NCBI GenBank assembly: GCA_965237415.1
Contig: CBDEFM010000002.1
Coordinates: 3,840,001-3,904,000 of the forward strand
Direction of reading: 5' to 3'
Length of the DNA stretch: 64,000 nt
DNA from: Alphaproteobacteria bacterium
GTDB lineage: Bacteria > Pseudomonadota > Alphaproteobacteria > UBA828
Below, piece by piece: positions 29,781 through 40,907 of this stretch (within the stretch, counting starts at the first letter, position 1; the number at the start of each line of letters is the position of its first letter). The translations under genes and the position numbers were made by a program. The notes under the pieces are model-generated. The model saw nothing but the letters and a program-made list of their open reading frames with translations, was not told the DNA's origin and ran no database searches.

Positions 29781-29960
29781 CCCCCACCTCACCCCGGCCC
29801 TCTCCGCCACTCATTCATTTTCCTCAATCGCCGGGCGCTCGCTCCGCGAGCTTGGCTTTCGCGCCTCGCGGCGCTCCGGGGCGGAGAGGGAGAACGGGCG
29901 GCGCCGTCTGCGTTCCCCCTCCGCCTTTGGGGGAGGGGGACAGGGGGAGGTGGGTGGGTC
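29781..29960. repeat. Composite REP/BIME-like palindromic element containing dispersed repeat copy B
   Basis: CCCCCACCTCACCCCGGCCCTCTCC..GGAGAGGG..GGAGGTGGG shared with 53820-53933. Confidence 0.75.
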
Positions 29961-31281
29961 GGTACAGACCGGATAGATAGGTAACAGAATGGACCGGATA
30001 GATGGGTGACAGGTTATGGCAGGGCCAGGAGGTGGCCGATGCCGTGGAAGGAGACCTGTCGCATGGAGGAGAAGTTGGTTTTTGTCGCAGACTGTCTGCG
30101 TGGCGAGTTGCCGATGACAGCGCTTTGCGAGGACTACGGCATCAGCCGCAAGACGGGCTACAAATGGCTCGGTCGCTATCGCGAGCACGGCCCGGAGGGC
30201 CTGGTGGAGCGCTCTCGTGCGCCGCACCGTCATGGTCGGTCGATGGCGCCGGAGATGGCCGAAGCGATTGTTGCTCTGCGCAGGCAGCGTCCCCATTGGG
30301 GTCCGCGCAAGCTGCGCGCAGTGCTGATGGGAGAGCGCCCCGAGGCGGTGTGGCCTGCGGCCAGCACGATGGGCGATCTGCTGCGTGCGGAAGGGCTGGT
30401 GAGCGCCCGCCGCCGGCGTCGTCGGGTAGCTGCGCCTGGTCGGCCGTTCCGTGCCGTCACCGCACCCAACGATGTGTGGTGCATCGACTTCAAGGGTTGG
30501 TTCCGCACCCGCGACGGCGAACGCTGCGACCCGCTGACCGTCAGCGACGCTTACAGCCGTTTCCTTCTGGCCTGTGTCATCGTCCCGCCCCGGACCGACA
30601 CGGTCCGTGTGGCGGTCGAGCAGCTCTTCAAGCGCTACGGCCTGCCTCTGGCCATCCGCTCGGACAACGGGGCACCGTTCGCCGGAACGGGCGCGGGCGG
30701 ACTGTCTCGTCTGTCGGTCGGCTGGATCAAGGCCGGCATCGCGTTGGAGCGCATCGAGCCGGGCCAGCCCCAGCAGAACGGACGGCACGAGCGCATGCAT
30801 CGGACCTTGAAGGCCGAGACGGCCAAACCGCCGGCCGCGAGTGCGGGCCAGCAGCAGGTCCGCTTCGACCGCTTCCGCCAGGACTTCAACGACAACCGTC
30901 CCCACGAGGCGCTTGGCCAGCAGCCGCCTGCGGCGTTCTACCGGCCCTCGCTGCGGCCTTACCCCGAACGCCTGGACGAGCCCTGGTACGATGCCTGGCA
31001 CGCCATGCGCCGGGTGCGCACCGACGGGTCCATCAAGTGGGGCGGCGACCTGGTCTTCATCAGCGAGACGCTGAAGGGCGAACCCGTCGGCATCGCCGAG
31101 ACCGACAGCGGCGACTGGATCGTTCGCTTCGCCGACATCGACCTCGGCATCATCGATCGCCGGACGAAAAAACTTCATGGCTTCCGCGCGGCCCGGCCGG
31201 GCCGCGCGGAAGCCAAACAAACGACGAACACTGTTACCCATGTAACCGGTCCATAGCGTTACCTATGCTTCCGGTTGCACA
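29961..31281 (+). mobile_element. IS481-family element, copy 1
   Basis: ~50-bp imperfect IRs with duplicated ACCGG..AT(A/G)GGT(A/G)AC units; right end TGCACA. Confidence 0.92.
30039..31256 (+). CDS. IS481-family transposase
   Basis: MPWKE, GISRKTGYKW, WCIDFKG, IRSDNG, NGRHERMHRTLK, RPHEAL. Confidence 0.95.
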   Translation: MPWKETCRMEEKLVFVADCLRGELPMTALCEDYGISRKTGYKWLGRYREHGPEGLVERSRAPHRHGRSMAPEMAEAIVALRRQRPHWGPRKLRAVLMGERPEAVWPAASTMGDLLRAEGLVSARRRRRRVAAPGRPFRAVTAPNDVWCIDFKGWFRTRDGERCDPLTVSDAYSRFLLACVIVPPRTDTVRVAVEQLFKRYGLPLAIRSDNGAPFAGTGAGGLSRLSVGWIKAGIALERIEPGQPQQNGRHERMHRTLKAETAKPPAASAGQQQVRFDRFRQDFNDNRPHEALGQQPPAAFYRPSLRPYPERLDEPWYDAWHAMRRVRTDGSIKWGGDLVFISETLKGEPVGIAETDSGDWIVRFADIDLGIIDRRTKKLHGFRAARPGRAEAKQTTNTVTHVTGP

Positions 31282-31288
31282 GTCGAGC

Positions 31289-31747
31289 TTACTCCTCGAC
31301 CCAGCCGTCCTTGTGCGGGGTGAAGAACTTCAGGTCGATGCGCAGGTGCTTGTAGTACCAGGTGCCGTCGACCCGGACGTAGTCGTCGTCGTATTCCGCG
31401 AGCAGCCAGCGCGCTTCCTTCGGCCCGCCGCCGAGCTCGGTTGTGCACGGCATGATCAGCCACCACTTGCCGTTGGCGGTGTCGCCATCCACGGTGATGA
31501 TCGGATTGAGCACCAGGTGGGCGGCGAAGACGATGTCGCTGGAGACGCCTGAGAAGAAGCCGTGAATGGCCTCGCGCCCGACGTGGCAGCCGAACTGCTC
31601 GCCGCCGTCCCAAACCCCGTCTTCCACGAACATCGCCGCGATGCCGTCGGGATCGTAGCCGGCGTCGCAGAGCTGGCAGTACCGCGCCTTGAGCTGCTTG
31701 ATGTCCTCGATTGCGCTGAGCCGCTCGACCTTCTCCTCAAACGTCAT
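31289..31747 (-). CDS. SnoaL/NTF2-like protein (LinA/BaiE-like)
   Basis: IEDIKQLKARYC..D..F.EDG.W..GREAI..H..NPII..Y.D.Y...DGTW. Confidence 0.88.
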   Translation of the reverse strand: MTFEEKVERLSAIEDIKQLKARYCQLCDAGYDPDGIAAMFVEDGVWDGGEQFGCHVGREAIHGFFSGVSSDIVFAAHLVLNPIITVDGDTANGKWWLIMPCTTELGGGPKEARWLLAEYDDDYVRVDGTWYYKHLRIDLKFFTPHKDGWVEE

Positions 31748-31918
31748 CGCTTCCTCCTTTCACTCGCAGGCGCCCGACCCGGCCGCCGTTCCCCACGGTA
31801 GGTAGCACAGAGACGCCCGATTCGGGCAGAGACCGGCCAGCGCCGCGCAGACGATGACCATGGTGGGAATTCCGGGCTAATTCCCTATCATGGCCCCGGA
31901 GGACGGTTGGAGGGGACG

Positions 31919-34249
31919 ATGGCAAGGTTCGGCGTCGGCCAGTCAGCGCCACGCAAGGAAGACAACGCGCTTCTCAAGGGCGGCGGGCGGTTTCAGGACG
32001 ACATTTCGCTCGACGGCGAGGTGCACGCCTGCTTCGTGCGCTCGCCCCATGCCCATGCGGACATAACGGCGATCGACACATCGGCGGCAGCGGCCGCCGA
32101 AGGCGTGCTCGCCGTCTATACCGGCACGGACGTGGCGGCGGACGGACTCGGCACGCTGCCATGCATCGCCGATGCCTTCGTGGCCCTCACACGCCCGGAC
32201 GGCAGCCCCGCCTGCTACCCGCCCAATCCGATGCTGTCGAGCGACCGCGTGCACCACGTCGGCGAGGCGGTAGCCATGATCGTGGCCGAGACGCTCGCCG
32301 CCGCGCAGGATGCGGCAGAGCTCGTGAGTGTGGAGTACGCATCGTTGCCGGCGGTGGTCGACGCGGCGCAAGCACGCGAGCCGGGCGCGCCGGAGATTTG
32401 GCCGGAGGCGCCGGGCAACCTTTCCTGTACGTGGGCACAGGGCGACGCCGACGCCACCGACGCCGCCTTCAGGGCCGCTGCCCATGTCGTGGAGATCGAG
32501 CTGGTCAACAACCGCCTGGTCGTGAGTACCATCGAGCCGCGCGGTGCGCTCGGCGTCTACGATCCCGCGAGCGAGCGCTACACCCTCTACATCAACAGCC
32601 AGCACGTGCACGGCGCGCGCGCCATCGTCGCCGGCATTCTCGGGATCGAAGAGGACCGCCTGCGCATCCTCTCTTACGACCTCGGCGGCGGCTTCGGCAT
32701 GAAGTACTTCACCTATCCCGAGCAGGTCCTGGTGGCCTGGGCGGCGCGCAAGCTGGGGCGCCCTGTGCGCTGGCTGTGCGGCCGCACCGAGGGTTTTCTC
32801 AGCGACACCCAGGCGCGCGACCATCTGACCCGGGCGGCGCTGGCGCTGGATGCCGACGGGCTGTTCCTGGGTCTCCGCGTGCGCACGCTCGCCAATCTCG
32901 GCGCCTACGTCTCCAATCTGGGCCCCATCTCGCCCACCCTGCTCTACACGCGCATGCTCGCGAACGCCTACCGCACTCCCGCGATCCATGCCGAGGTGGA
33001 AGGCGTGCTCACCAACACCGTCTTCACGGATGCCTACCGTGGCGCCGGCATTCCGGAATCGAACTACGTGGTCGAGCGCCTGGTCGACAAGGCCGCGGCG
33101 AAACTCGGCCTCGCGCCCGACGAGATCCGCCGGCGCAACCTGATCCCGGCGGCGGAGATGCCGTATCAGGTGCCGCTCGACCTCACCTACGACTCGGGCG
33201 ACTACGCCCGCAACCTCGATGACAGTATGGCCCTTGCCGGCTGGTCGGGCTTCGCCGAGCGGCGTGCGGAGGCGGCGGCGCGGGGCAGGCTGCGCGGCAT
33301 CGGCATGGCGGTCTACGTCGAGTCGACCGTGGGCGACCCGGCTGAGCATATCTCCATCCGCTTCCGCGCCGACGGCGGCGTCACTCTCAGCTCCGGCACG
33401 GGCGCGTCCGGCCAGGGGCACGAAACCACCTATGCCCAGCTCCTCGGCGAGAGCTTGGGGATTCCCTTCGAGGCAGTCGACCTCGTCGAGGGAGACAGCG
33501 ACGACCTGCCGGCCGGCGGCGGCTCCGGCGGCTCGCGCTCCACCTACATGGTGGCGCTGGCGATCGAAGACGGTGCCGCCAAGGTGATCGACAAGGGCAC
33601 GAAGGTCGCCGCCAATCTGCTTGAAGTCGCGCCGGCGGACGTCCGCTTCGCCGACGGCAACTTCGCCATCGCCGGCACCGACCGCGCCATCGACATCATG
33701 GAACTCGCGGCGCAGGCGAGAGATCCCGCCAATCTGCCGGAGGGCATGGAGCCGGGGCTCGACGCCGACGGCAGGACGGAAACCTTGGACGGCACCTTCC
33801 CCAACGGCTGTCATATCTGCGAGGTCGAGGTCGATCCCGACACCGGGGCGGTGGATATCGTCAACTATGCCGCGGTCAACGACTTCGGCCGCATCGTCAA
33901 TCCCGTGCTGGTCGACGGGCAGGTTCACGGCGGCGTGGCGCAGGGGCTGGGCCAGGCCGTGTACGAGAACTGCGTCTACGACGAGCAGTCGGGGCAGCTG
34001 CTCTCGGGCTCCTTCATGGACTATTGCCTGCCGCGCGCCGACGACATGCCCCCCTTCTCGCTGGCCTCCAACGGCGTGCCGACCAACCAGAACCCGCTCG
34101 GCATCAAGGGCTGTGGGGAGGCGGGCGCAATTCCGGCACCCGCTGCCGTGGTGAACGCCGTCCTCGATGCGCTCAAGGAGCGCGGCGTCACCGATATCGA
34201 CATGCCGCTCACCCCGGAGCGCGTGTGGCGCGCGCTCGAAAATACTTGA
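31919..34249 (+). CDS. Xanthine dehydrogenase-family molybdopterin-binding subunit (CoxL form II-like)
   Basis: RSPHAHA, GGGFGMK, AYRGAG, GQGHET, GQVHGG, KGCGE. Confidence 0.93.
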   Translation: MARFGVGQSAPRKEDNALLKGGGRFQDDISLDGEVHACFVRSPHAHADITAIDTSAAAAAEGVLAVYTGTDVAADGLGTLPCIADAFVALTRPDGSPACYPPNPMLSSDRVHHVGEAVAMIVAETLAAAQDAAELVSVEYASLPAVVDAAQAREPGAPEIWPEAPGNLSCTWAQGDADATDAAFRAAAHVVEIELVNNRLVVSTIEPRGALGVYDPASERYTLYINSQHVHGARAIVAGILGIEEDRLRILSYDLGGGFGMKYFTYPEQVLVAWAARKLGRPVRWLCGRTEGFLSDTQARDHLTRAALALDADGLFLGLRVRTLANLGAYVSNLGPISPTLLYTRMLANAYRTPAIHAEVEGVLTNTVFTDAYRGAGIPESNYVVERLVDKAAAKLGLAPDEIRRRNLIPAAEMPYQVPLDLTYDSGDYARNLDDSMALAGWSGFAERRAEAAARGRLRGIGMAVYVESTVGDPAEHISIRFRADGGVTLSSGTGASGQGHETTYAQLLGESLGIPFEAVDLVEGDSDDLPAGGGSGGSRSTYMVALAIEDGAAKVIDKGTKVAANLLEVAPADVRFADGNFAIAGTDRAIDIMELAAQARDPANLPEGMEPGLDADGRTETLDGTFPNGCHICEVEVDPDTGAVDIVNYAAVNDFGRIVNPVLVDGQVHGGVAQGLGQAVYENCVYDEQSGQLLSGSFMDYCLPRADDMPPFSLASNGVPTNQNPLGIKGCGEAGAIPAPAAVVNAVLDALKERGVTDIDMPLTPERVWRALENT

Positions 34250-34262
34250 GGATCAGACGCCC

Positions 34263-34802
34263 ATGGCTGCCGCGATCGACCCCGTCTTCACCGACCTGCC
34301 CAATAGCATTATCGGCCAGACCCGGCAGATCTGCATCGTCACCCGCGACCTCGACGCCTGCGTCCGCAACTATGCCGACCGCATGGGGATCGGCCCCTGG
34401 TGGGTCCAGGAGTACGCGCCGCCCGTCCTGACCGACAGGCACTATCGCGGCGGCCCCGGCCAGTTCTCCATGCGCCTCGCGCTCGCCTGGACGGGCGATC
34501 TCAATTGGGAGATCATCGAGCCGCTGGAGGGGCCCAGCATCTATCACGAGTTCCTCGAAGAACACGGCGAGGGACTGCAGCACGTGGGCTTCCTGCTTCA
34601 GGACACGGGCCTCGACTGGGACGCCTGCGTCGCCGACATGGAGGCACGCGGATTCGCACGGGTCATGAGCGGGGGCTGGCGCGGCGTACGCTTCTGCTAC
34701 TTCCAGACCGAGGACGCGCTCAAGACCACGCTGGAGCTGATCTACCGCCCGGAGGGCTATCAGCGCCCCGACCCGCTATACTGGTACCCGCCCCGCGACT
34801 AA
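34263..34802 (+). CDS. VOC/glyoxalase family protein (methylmalonyl-CoA epimerase-like)
   Basis: [37 protein letters not shown]. Confidence 0.88.
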   Translation: MAAAIDPVFTDLPNSIIGQTRQICIVTRDLDACVRNYADRMGIGPWWVQEYAPPVLTDRHYRGGPGQFSMRLALAWTGDLNWEIIEPLEGPSIYHEFLEEHGEGLQHVGFLLQDTGLDWDACVADMEARGFARVMSGGWRGVRFCYFQTEDALKTTLELIYRPEGYQRPDPLYWYPPRD

Positions 34803-34824
34803 AGCGACGTAGGGAAAGTCGAGA

Positions 34825-35640
34825 TCAGCTGTCCCGCCAGACCGGGTCCCGCTTCTCCAGGAAGGCCGTGATGCCCTCGCGCGCATCGTCGGCCTGGATG
34901 GTGCGGTAGATCACCTCGCCGGCGTAGTCGTAAGCCGCGCCGCGGTCCATCTCCAGCTGGCGGTAGAAGGACTGCTTGCCCTGGGCGATGGCGTAGGCTG
35001 ATTTTGCCGCGATATGCCGCGCCACTTCCTCCACCCTCTCGCCCAGCTTGTCCGGCGCCACGACCTCGCTGACCAACCCCATGCGGAACGCGGTCTCCGC
35101 GTCCACCATCTTGCCGGTGAGCAGCATCTGCATCGCGTGCTTGGGCGCGACGGCGCGGCTCACCGCGACCTGCGGGGAGTGGCACCAGAAGCCGATGTTC
35201 ACGCCAGGGGTGGCAAACCTGGCCTCCGACGAGGCGTAGACGAGATCGCAGCTCGCGACCAGCTCGCACCCTGCGGCGGTGGCGATGCTGTGGACCTTGG
35301 CGATCACCGGCTGAGGCAGGCTGATCAGGCTCTGCATCATGCGCGAGCACGTGGCGGTCGCCTCCCGCTTGGTCTCCGGCGCCTTCATGGCCTCGACCGA
35401 TTCGTTGAGATCGTGGCCGGTGCAGAAAAGCCGCCCCTGCGCCGCCAGGATCACCACCCGCACCGAGCGGTCGTCCCTGATCTCGTCGAGAGTGTCCTGC
35501 AGCTCGTGAACCAGCTGGTGGGACAGGCTGTTGCCCGACTTGGGCCGGTTCAGCGTGAGCGTCGTCACACCCTGATCGTCCTTGCGGCGCAGCGTGCGCG
35601 CCGTCCCCGCCGGCAGTTCCACAATCTCGGTCGCCATCAT
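34825..35640 (-). CDS. Enoyl-CoA hydratase/isomerase family protein
   Basis: LNRP..N.LS, FCTGHDL, ATAAGCELVASCD, EGITAFLEKR. Confidence 0.92.
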   Translation of the reverse strand: MMATEIVELPAGTARTLRRKDDQGVTTLTLNRPKSGNSLSHQLVHELQDTLDEIRDDRSVRVVILAAQGRLFCTGHDLNESVEAMKAPETKREATATCSRMMQSLISLPQPVIAKVHSIATAAGCELVASCDLVYASSEARFATPGVNIGFWCHSPQVAVSRAVAPKHAMQMLLTGKMVDAETAFRMGLVSEVVAPDKLGERVEEVARHIAAKSAYAIAQGKQSFYRQLEMDRGAAYDYAGEVIYRTIQADDAREGITAFLEKRDPVWRDS

Positions 35641-35815
35641 TCCCTCCGCTCTCGGGCTTGCGGGCGGCATTCTAGCACCATGCGACACGGAACGCGCAGG
35701 TGGTGGGCGCGGTCGGACGGCCGGCTTGCGGCGCCGCCGGTTGTGGCCTATGTCGTGGCCCGGCGGAGGTGGTGCCGTGCAGGCGCGCGTGCATCCGAGA
35801 GAAGCGGGAGACCCT

Positions 35816-36577
35816 ATGTCACAGCTTGAAGGGAAGGTCGCCATCGTCACCGGCGGCGGGCGGGGCTTGGGCCGCGCCTATTGCGAGGCGCTGGCGCGCG
35901 AAGGCGCGACGGTGGTTGCCGCCGATATCCGCGACACGGCCAAAACGGTCGAGGCCATCCGCGCCACCAACGGGCGCGTCACCGGCATCGCGCTCGACGC
36001 CGCCGACATGGCGAGCTGCGAGACCATGGCCAAGCACGCCGTCAACGAATTCGGGCGTATCGACGTGCTCGTGAACAACGCCGCGCTCTACGGCGACATC
36101 CAGGGCGGGCGTTTCGACAAGATTTCCGAGGACGAGTGGGACCGCACCATGGCCGTCAACGTGCGGGGCGTCTGGCAATGCTGCAAGGCGTGCGTGCCGG
36201 CCATGCGGGACGCAGGGGGCGGCTCGATCATCAACATCGCCTCCCTCGCCGCGGTCTATGGCATGCCCTTCGGGCTGCACTACGCGACGTCGAAGGCCGC
36301 GGTCATCGGCATGACCCGCGCGCTCGCCCGCGAGCTCGGGCGCGACTGGGTCAGGGTCAACGCGATTGCGCCGAGCGCGGTGCTGACCGAGGGCACCGAC
36401 GAGTTCTTCGGCGCCAAGAAGGACAAGTTGCTCCAGGCCGTCGCCACCGGCCAGAGCCTGCAGAAGAACCTTACCACCGACGATCTGGTCGGCACCGTGC
36501 TCTATCTCGCCTCCGACGCGAGCCGGATGGTCACGGGCCAGACCCTCATGGTGGACGGCGGCACGGTCTTTCTCTAG
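35816..36577 (+). CDS. SDR family oxidoreductase
   Basis: TGGGRGLG, NNA, YATSK. Confidence 0.93.
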   Translation: MSQLEGKVAIVTGGGRGLGRAYCEALAREGATVVAADIRDTAKTVEAIRATNGRVTGIALDAADMASCETMAKHAVNEFGRIDVLVNNAALYGDIQGGRFDKISEDEWDRTMAVNVRGVWQCCKACVPAMRDAGGGSIINIASLAAVYGMPFGLHYATSKAAVIGMTRALARELGRDWVRVNAIAPSAVLTEGTDEFFGAKKDKLLQAVATGQSLQKNLTTDDLVGTVLYLASDASRMVTGQTLMVDGGTVFL

Positions 36578-36630
36578 CCCGCACCGCCCGCGCGCGGCTT
36601 CTTGCGCCCAGCAGTATTCTTATTGGCGGG

Positions 36631-37419
36631 CTACCGGCCCGTGAACTTGGGGGCGCGCTTTTCCATGAACGCGGTGCGCCCCTCGGTGTAGTCGGCGCTG
36701 GTGAAGCAGGCCGTTACCAGCTCCTCGCAGAGGGCAGGGTCGACTCCCTCGGCGCCGCTGCGTGCGAGCTCGGCTATCATGCGCTTGCTCGCGCGCACGG
36801 AGAGCGGCGCGTTGGCGGCGATGCCGGTGCAGTAGCGCTCGATGGTCTCGTCCAGCGTGTCGTCGGGGACGGTCTGGTTGACGAGTCCGATGCGCTCGGC
36901 CTCCGAGGCGGAGAAGCGCCGCGCGGTGATGAGGATCTCCTTGGCGAAGGCGGGGCCCACGAGATCGGTCAGCAGCTTGAGCGAGCCGACGCGATAGCCG
37001 ACTCCGAGCCTCGCGGCCGGGATCGCGAAGGTCGCGCCAGTGCCGGCGATGCGCAGGTCGCAGGCGATGGCGAGGCCGAGGCCGCCCCCCATGCAATAGC
37101 CGCGGATCATGGCGATGGTCGGCCGGTCCGCATTACGGAGCCGCTGGGCGGCGCCTTCCGCGAGTTCGTCGTAGGCCGCGACCGCCTCCTCGCTCGCGCG
37201 CTCGGTCGCGAACTCGGAGATGTCCGCGCCCGAGACGAAGGCCTTGTCGCCGGCGCCCTTGAGCACGATCACGCGGATCGTGGGATCGGCTTCCAGCCGG
37301 TCGAGCGCCTCCGGCAGCGCGCGCCACATGGCGACGGAGAGCGCGTTGTGCTTCGCCGGGTTGTTGAAAGTGATCCAGCCGACGGCGCCGGCTGTCTCGA
37401 CAAGCAGTTGGTCAGTCAT
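36631..37419 (-). CDS. Enoyl-CoA hydratase family protein
   Basis: AFVSGADISEF, GGGLGLA..CDLRI, EGRTAFMEKR. Confidence 0.92.
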   Translation of the reverse strand: MTDQLLVETAGAVGWITFNNPAKHNALSVAMWRALPEALDRLEADPTIRVIVLKGAGDKAFVSGADISEFATERASEEAVAAYDELAEGAAQRLRNADRPTIAMIRGYCMGGGLGLAIACDLRIAGTGATFAIPAARLGVGYRVGSLKLLTDLVGPAFAKEILITARRFSASEAERIGLVNQTVPDDTLDETIERYCTGIAANAPLSVRASKRMIAELARSGAEGVDPALCEELVTACFTSADYTEGRTAFMEKRAPKFTGR

Positions 37420-37467
37420 GGGGCATTCCTGAAAGGCAAGCAGGGGAGGGGGGGGGCGCCGGGCTGG

Positions 37468-38788
37468 GGTACAGACCGGATAGATAGGTAACAGAATGGA
37501 CCGGATAGATGGGTGACAGGTTATGGCAGGGCCAGGAGGTGGCCGATGCCGTGGAAGGAGACCTGTCGCATGGAGGAGAAGTTGGTTTTTGTCGCAGACT
37601 GTCTGCGTGGCGAGTTGCCGATGACAGCGCTTTGCGAGGACTACGGCATCAGCCGCAAGACGGGCTACAAATGGCTCGGTCGCTATCGCGAGCACGGCCC
37701 GGAGGGCCTGGTGGAGCGCTCTCGTGCGCCGCACCGTCATGGTCGGTCGATGGCGCCGGAGATGGCCGAAGCGATTGTTGCTCTGCGCAGGCAGCGTCCC
37801 CATTGGGGTCCGCGCAAGCTGCGCGCAGTGCTGATGGGAGAGCGCCCCGAGGCGGTGTGGCCTGCGGCCAGCACGATGGGCGATCTGCTGCGTGCGGAAG
37901 GGCTGGTGAGCGCCCGCCGCCGGCGTCGTCGGGTAGCTGCGCCTGGTCGGCCGTTCCGTGCCGTCACCGCACCCAACGATGTGTGGTGCATCGACTTCAA
38001 GGGTTGGTTCCGCACCCGCGACGGCGAACGCTGCGACCCGCTGACCGTCAGCGACGCTTACAGCCGTTTCCTTCTGGCCTGTGTCATCGTCCCGCCCCGG
38101 ACCGACACGGTCCGTGTGGCGGTCGAGCAGCTCTTCAAGCGCTACGGCCTGCCTCTGGCCATCCGCTCGGACAACGGGGCACCGTTCGCCGGAACGGGCG
38201 CGGGCGGACTGTCTCGTCTGTCGGTCGGCTGGATCAAGGCCGGCATCGCGTTGGAGCGCATCGAGCCGGGCCAGCCCCAGCAGAACGGACGGCACGAGCG
38301 CATGCATCGGACCTTGAAGGCCGAGACGGCCAAACCGCCGGCCGCGAGTGCGGGCCAGCAGCAGGTCCGCTTCGACCGCTTCCGCCAGGACTTCAACGAC
38401 AACCGTCCCCACGAGGCGCTTGGCCAGCAGCCGCCTGCGGCGTTCTACCGGCCCTCGCTGCGGCCTTACCCCGAACGCCTGGACGAGCCCTGGTACGATG
38501 CCTGGCACGCCATGCGCCGGGTGCGCACCGACGGGTCCATCAAGTGGGGCGGCGACCTGGTCTTCATCAGCGAGACGCTGAAGGGCGAACCCGTCGGCAT
38601 CGCCGAGACCGACAGCGGCGACTGGATCGTTCGCTTCGCCGACATCGACCTCGGCATCATCGATCGCCGGACGAAAAAACTTCATGGCTTCCGCGCGGCC
38701 CGGCCGGGCCGCGCGGAAGCCAAACAAACGACGAACACTGTTACCCATGTAACCGGTCCATAGCGTTACCTATGCTTCCGGTTGCACA
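37468..38788 (+). mobile_element. IS481-family element, copy 2
   Basis: Appears identical to 29961-31281, same orientation. Confidence 0.92.
37546..38763 (+). CDS. IS481-family transposase
   Basis: Same translation as copy 1. Confidence 0.95.
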   Translation: MPWKETCRMEEKLVFVADCLRGELPMTALCEDYGISRKTGYKWLGRYREHGPEGLVERSRAPHRHGRSMAPEMAEAIVALRRQRPHWGPRKLRAVLMGERPEAVWPAASTMGDLLRAEGLVSARRRRRRVAAPGRPFRAVTAPNDVWCIDFKGWFRTRDGERCDPLTVSDAYSRFLLACVIVPPRTDTVRVAVEQLFKRYGLPLAIRSDNGAPFAGTGAGGLSRLSVGWIKAGIALERIEPGQPQQNGRHERMHRTLKAETAKPPAASAGQQQVRFDRFRQDFNDNRPHEALGQQPPAAFYRPSLRPYPERLDEPWYDAWHAMRRVRTDGSIKWGGDLVFISETLKGEPVGIAETDSGDWIVRFADIDLGIIDRRTKKLHGFRAARPGRAEAKQTTNTVTHVTGP

Positions 38789-38790
38789 GT

Positions 38791-39984
38791 CTACACGATA
38801 CCCCGGCCTCGAAAATCCTCGATCTGGGCGGCGCCGTAGCCGAGCGCGCCCAGAATCTCTTCGGTGTGGGCGCCGAGCTCTGGCGTCGCCCCGTGTACCG
38901 TGAATGGCGTGCGGCTGAGCCGCGCCGCCTGGGAGACGATGTGCGTTTGCCCGAGGGTCGGGTGCTCCACGGGCTCCGCCATTCCCAGGTGTTGCACCTG
39001 CGGGTCGGCGAACATCTCGTCGATGGCGTAGATCGGCCCGCAGGGCACGCCCGCCTGGTTGAGTGCCTCGACCCATGCGGTGCTCGGCTTCGTCCGCGTG
39101 CGCTCGTTGATGATGGCGTTGAGCGCCGCCCGGTTCTCGGAGCGGCCCTCGCCAGTCGCAAACTGCGGGTCGGTGATCAGCTCCGGCATGCCGAGCGCCT
39201 CGCACAGGCGTTCATAGATGGCGCCGCCGGATGTCGCGATGTTGATGTGGCCGTCGGCGGTCTCGAACACGCCGGTCGGGATGCTCGTCGGATGATCGTT
39301 GCCGGCCTGGCCGGGTGCCTCACCTTCGAACAGGTAGCGGGCGGCCTGGAAGTCGAGCTGCGCGATCATCGCTTGCAACAGCGAGGACTGCACCCACTGC
39401 CCTTCGCCCGAGCGCTCGCGCTCCAGCAGCGCGACGAGGATGCCGATTGCCGTATAGAGCCCGGCGCTCAGGTCCGCGATCGGGATCCCGACGCGCATCG
39501 GCCCCCGGCCGGGCTCGCCGGTGATCGACATGAGCCCGCCCATGCCCTGGGCGATCTGATCGAAACCCGGCCGCGTTGCGTAGGGGCCGTCCTGACCGAA
39601 GCCGGAGAGGCTGGCATAGACGAGGCGGGGGTTGAGCGCGCTGAGCGTCTCGTAGTCGATGCCGAGGCGGTGCTTCACGTCGGGCCGGTAGTTCTCCACC
39701 ACCACGTCGGCGCCCTCGGCCAGGCGCTTGAAGATGGCGACGCCGTCGGGCTCCTTGAGGTTGAGGGTGAGGCTCCGCTTGTTGCGGTGCAGGTTCTGGA
39801 AGTCGGGGCCGTGCCGGGCCTTGATGGGGTCGCTCGCCGTCCCCGGCGTCCCCGGCGCCTCGATCTTGATGACGTCGGCACCCCAGTCGGCGAGTTGGCG
39901 CGCGGCAGTCGGCCCCGCCCGGTAGCGGGTGAGGTCGAGCACGGTGAAGCGCGCGAGCGCGCCGTCTGCCGGGGGATGTGTCAT
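38791..39984 (-). CDS. CaiB/BaiF class III CoA-transferase
   Basis: VLDLT..AGP..LADWGADVIKIE, NKRS, VENYRP, GFGQDGP, GFDQIAQ. Confidence 0.94.
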   Translation of the reverse strand: MTHPPADGALARFTVLDLTRYRAGPTAARQLADWGADVIKIEAPGTPGTASDPIKARHGPDFQNLHRNKRSLTLNLKEPDGVAIFKRLAEGADVVVENYRPDVKHRLGIDYETLSALNPRLVYASLSGFGQDGPYATRPGFDQIAQGMGGLMSITGEPGRGPMRVGIPIADLSAGLYTAIGILVALLERERSGEGQWVQSSLLQAMIAQLDFQAARYLFEGEAPGQAGNDHPTSIPTGVFETADGHINIATSGGAIYERLCEALGMPELITDPQFATGEGRSENRAALNAIINERTRTKPSTAWVEALNQAGVPCGPIYAIDEMFADPQVQHLGMAEPVEHPTLGQTHIVSQAARLSRTPFTVHGATPELGAHTEEILGALGYGAAQIEDFRGRGIV

Positions 39985-40019
39985 CGGGGCTGTTCCACTG
40001 CCGCTATTGTAGAGCGCGC

Positions 40020-40907
40020 TCACTCCTCCGAGAAATCTCGGACCGCGCTGTCGAATCGTCCGTAGCCGGCGTAGTCCACGATGTCATAGAGGTGCGCCCT
40101 GGTCATCATGCGCGGCACGAGGCCCGGCTGATCGTCGCTCTCGTCGAGGTCCCGCAGCCCGTCCTCCACGGCCTTCATGGCGAGCCGGAAGGTCGTGACC
40201 GGGTAGATCACCAGATTGTAGCCGAGCCCCGCCAGCGCGTTGCGCGAGAGCAGGGGAGACTTGCCGAACTCGGTCATGTTGGCCATGAGCGGCACGTCGA
40301 GCGCCGCGCGAAAGGCCTCGAACTCGCGCTCGTCCTGCAGCGCCTCGGGGAAGATCATGGCGGCGCCCGCGTCGACATAGGCCTTGGCCCGGTCGATGGC
40401 CTTGGCCAGGCCCTCGGGCGCGCGCGCATCGGTGCGGGCGATGAGCAGGAAGTCCGCGTCAATCCGGGCCTCAGCCGCGGCGCGCACGCGGCGCACCATC
40501 TCAGGCGTCGGCACCAGGGTCTTGCGCTCGAGGTGACCGCAGCGCTTAGGCGCCTCCTGATCCTCGATGTGGCAGCCGGCGAGGCCGGCTTCTTCCAGCA
40601 GGGCTATGGTGCGGGCGGCGTTGAGCGGTGCGCCGAAGCCGGTGTCGACATCGACGATGACGGGCAGCGTGCAGGCGCGTGCGATCGCCTGCGCGCGGGC
40701 GACGACCTCGCTCTGGGTCACCAGCCCGATGTCGGGCAGGCCGAGGTCGGCGGCGAGCGCCGCGCCGGAGACGTAGACGCCGTCGAAGCCCTGGCGCTCG
40801 ATGAGCTTCGCCACGATCGGCGCGAACGCGCCGGGGAAGCCCAGCAGGGCGCCGCTTGCGAGCGCTGCGCGGAGCGCCCGGCGGCGTTCAGGCGCGGGCG
40901 CGATCAT
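40020..40907 (-). CDS. prpB: Methylisocitrate lyase / ICL-PEPM family protein
   Basis: DVDTGFG, HIEDQ..PKRCGH, ARTD, NMTEFGKS; exact substrate uncertain. Confidence 0.85.
   Translation of the reverse strand: MIAPAPERRRALRAALASGALLGFPGAFAPIVAKLIERQGFDGVYVSGAALAADLGLPDIGLVTQSEVVARAQAIARACTLPVIVDVDTGFGAPLNAARTIALLEEAGLAGCHIEDQEAPKRCGHLERKTLVPTPEMVRRVRAAAEARIDADFLLIARTDARAPEGLAKAIDRAKAYVDAGAAMIFPEALQDEREFEAFRAALDVPLMANMTEFGKSPLLSRNALAGLGYNLVIYPVTTFRLAMKAVEDGLRDLDESDDQPGLVPRMMTRAHLYDIVDYAGYGRFDSAVRDFSEE

Noticed and set aside
31919-34249. Aerobic CO dehydrogenase
   Set aside because: Lacks the form I AYxCSFR motif and has no coxS or accessory genes.
36631-38748. 705-aa ORF appearing to fuse an unknown domain to enoyl-CoA hydratase
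   Set aside because: The N-terminal part is the antisense frame of IS481; the real gene starts at 37419.
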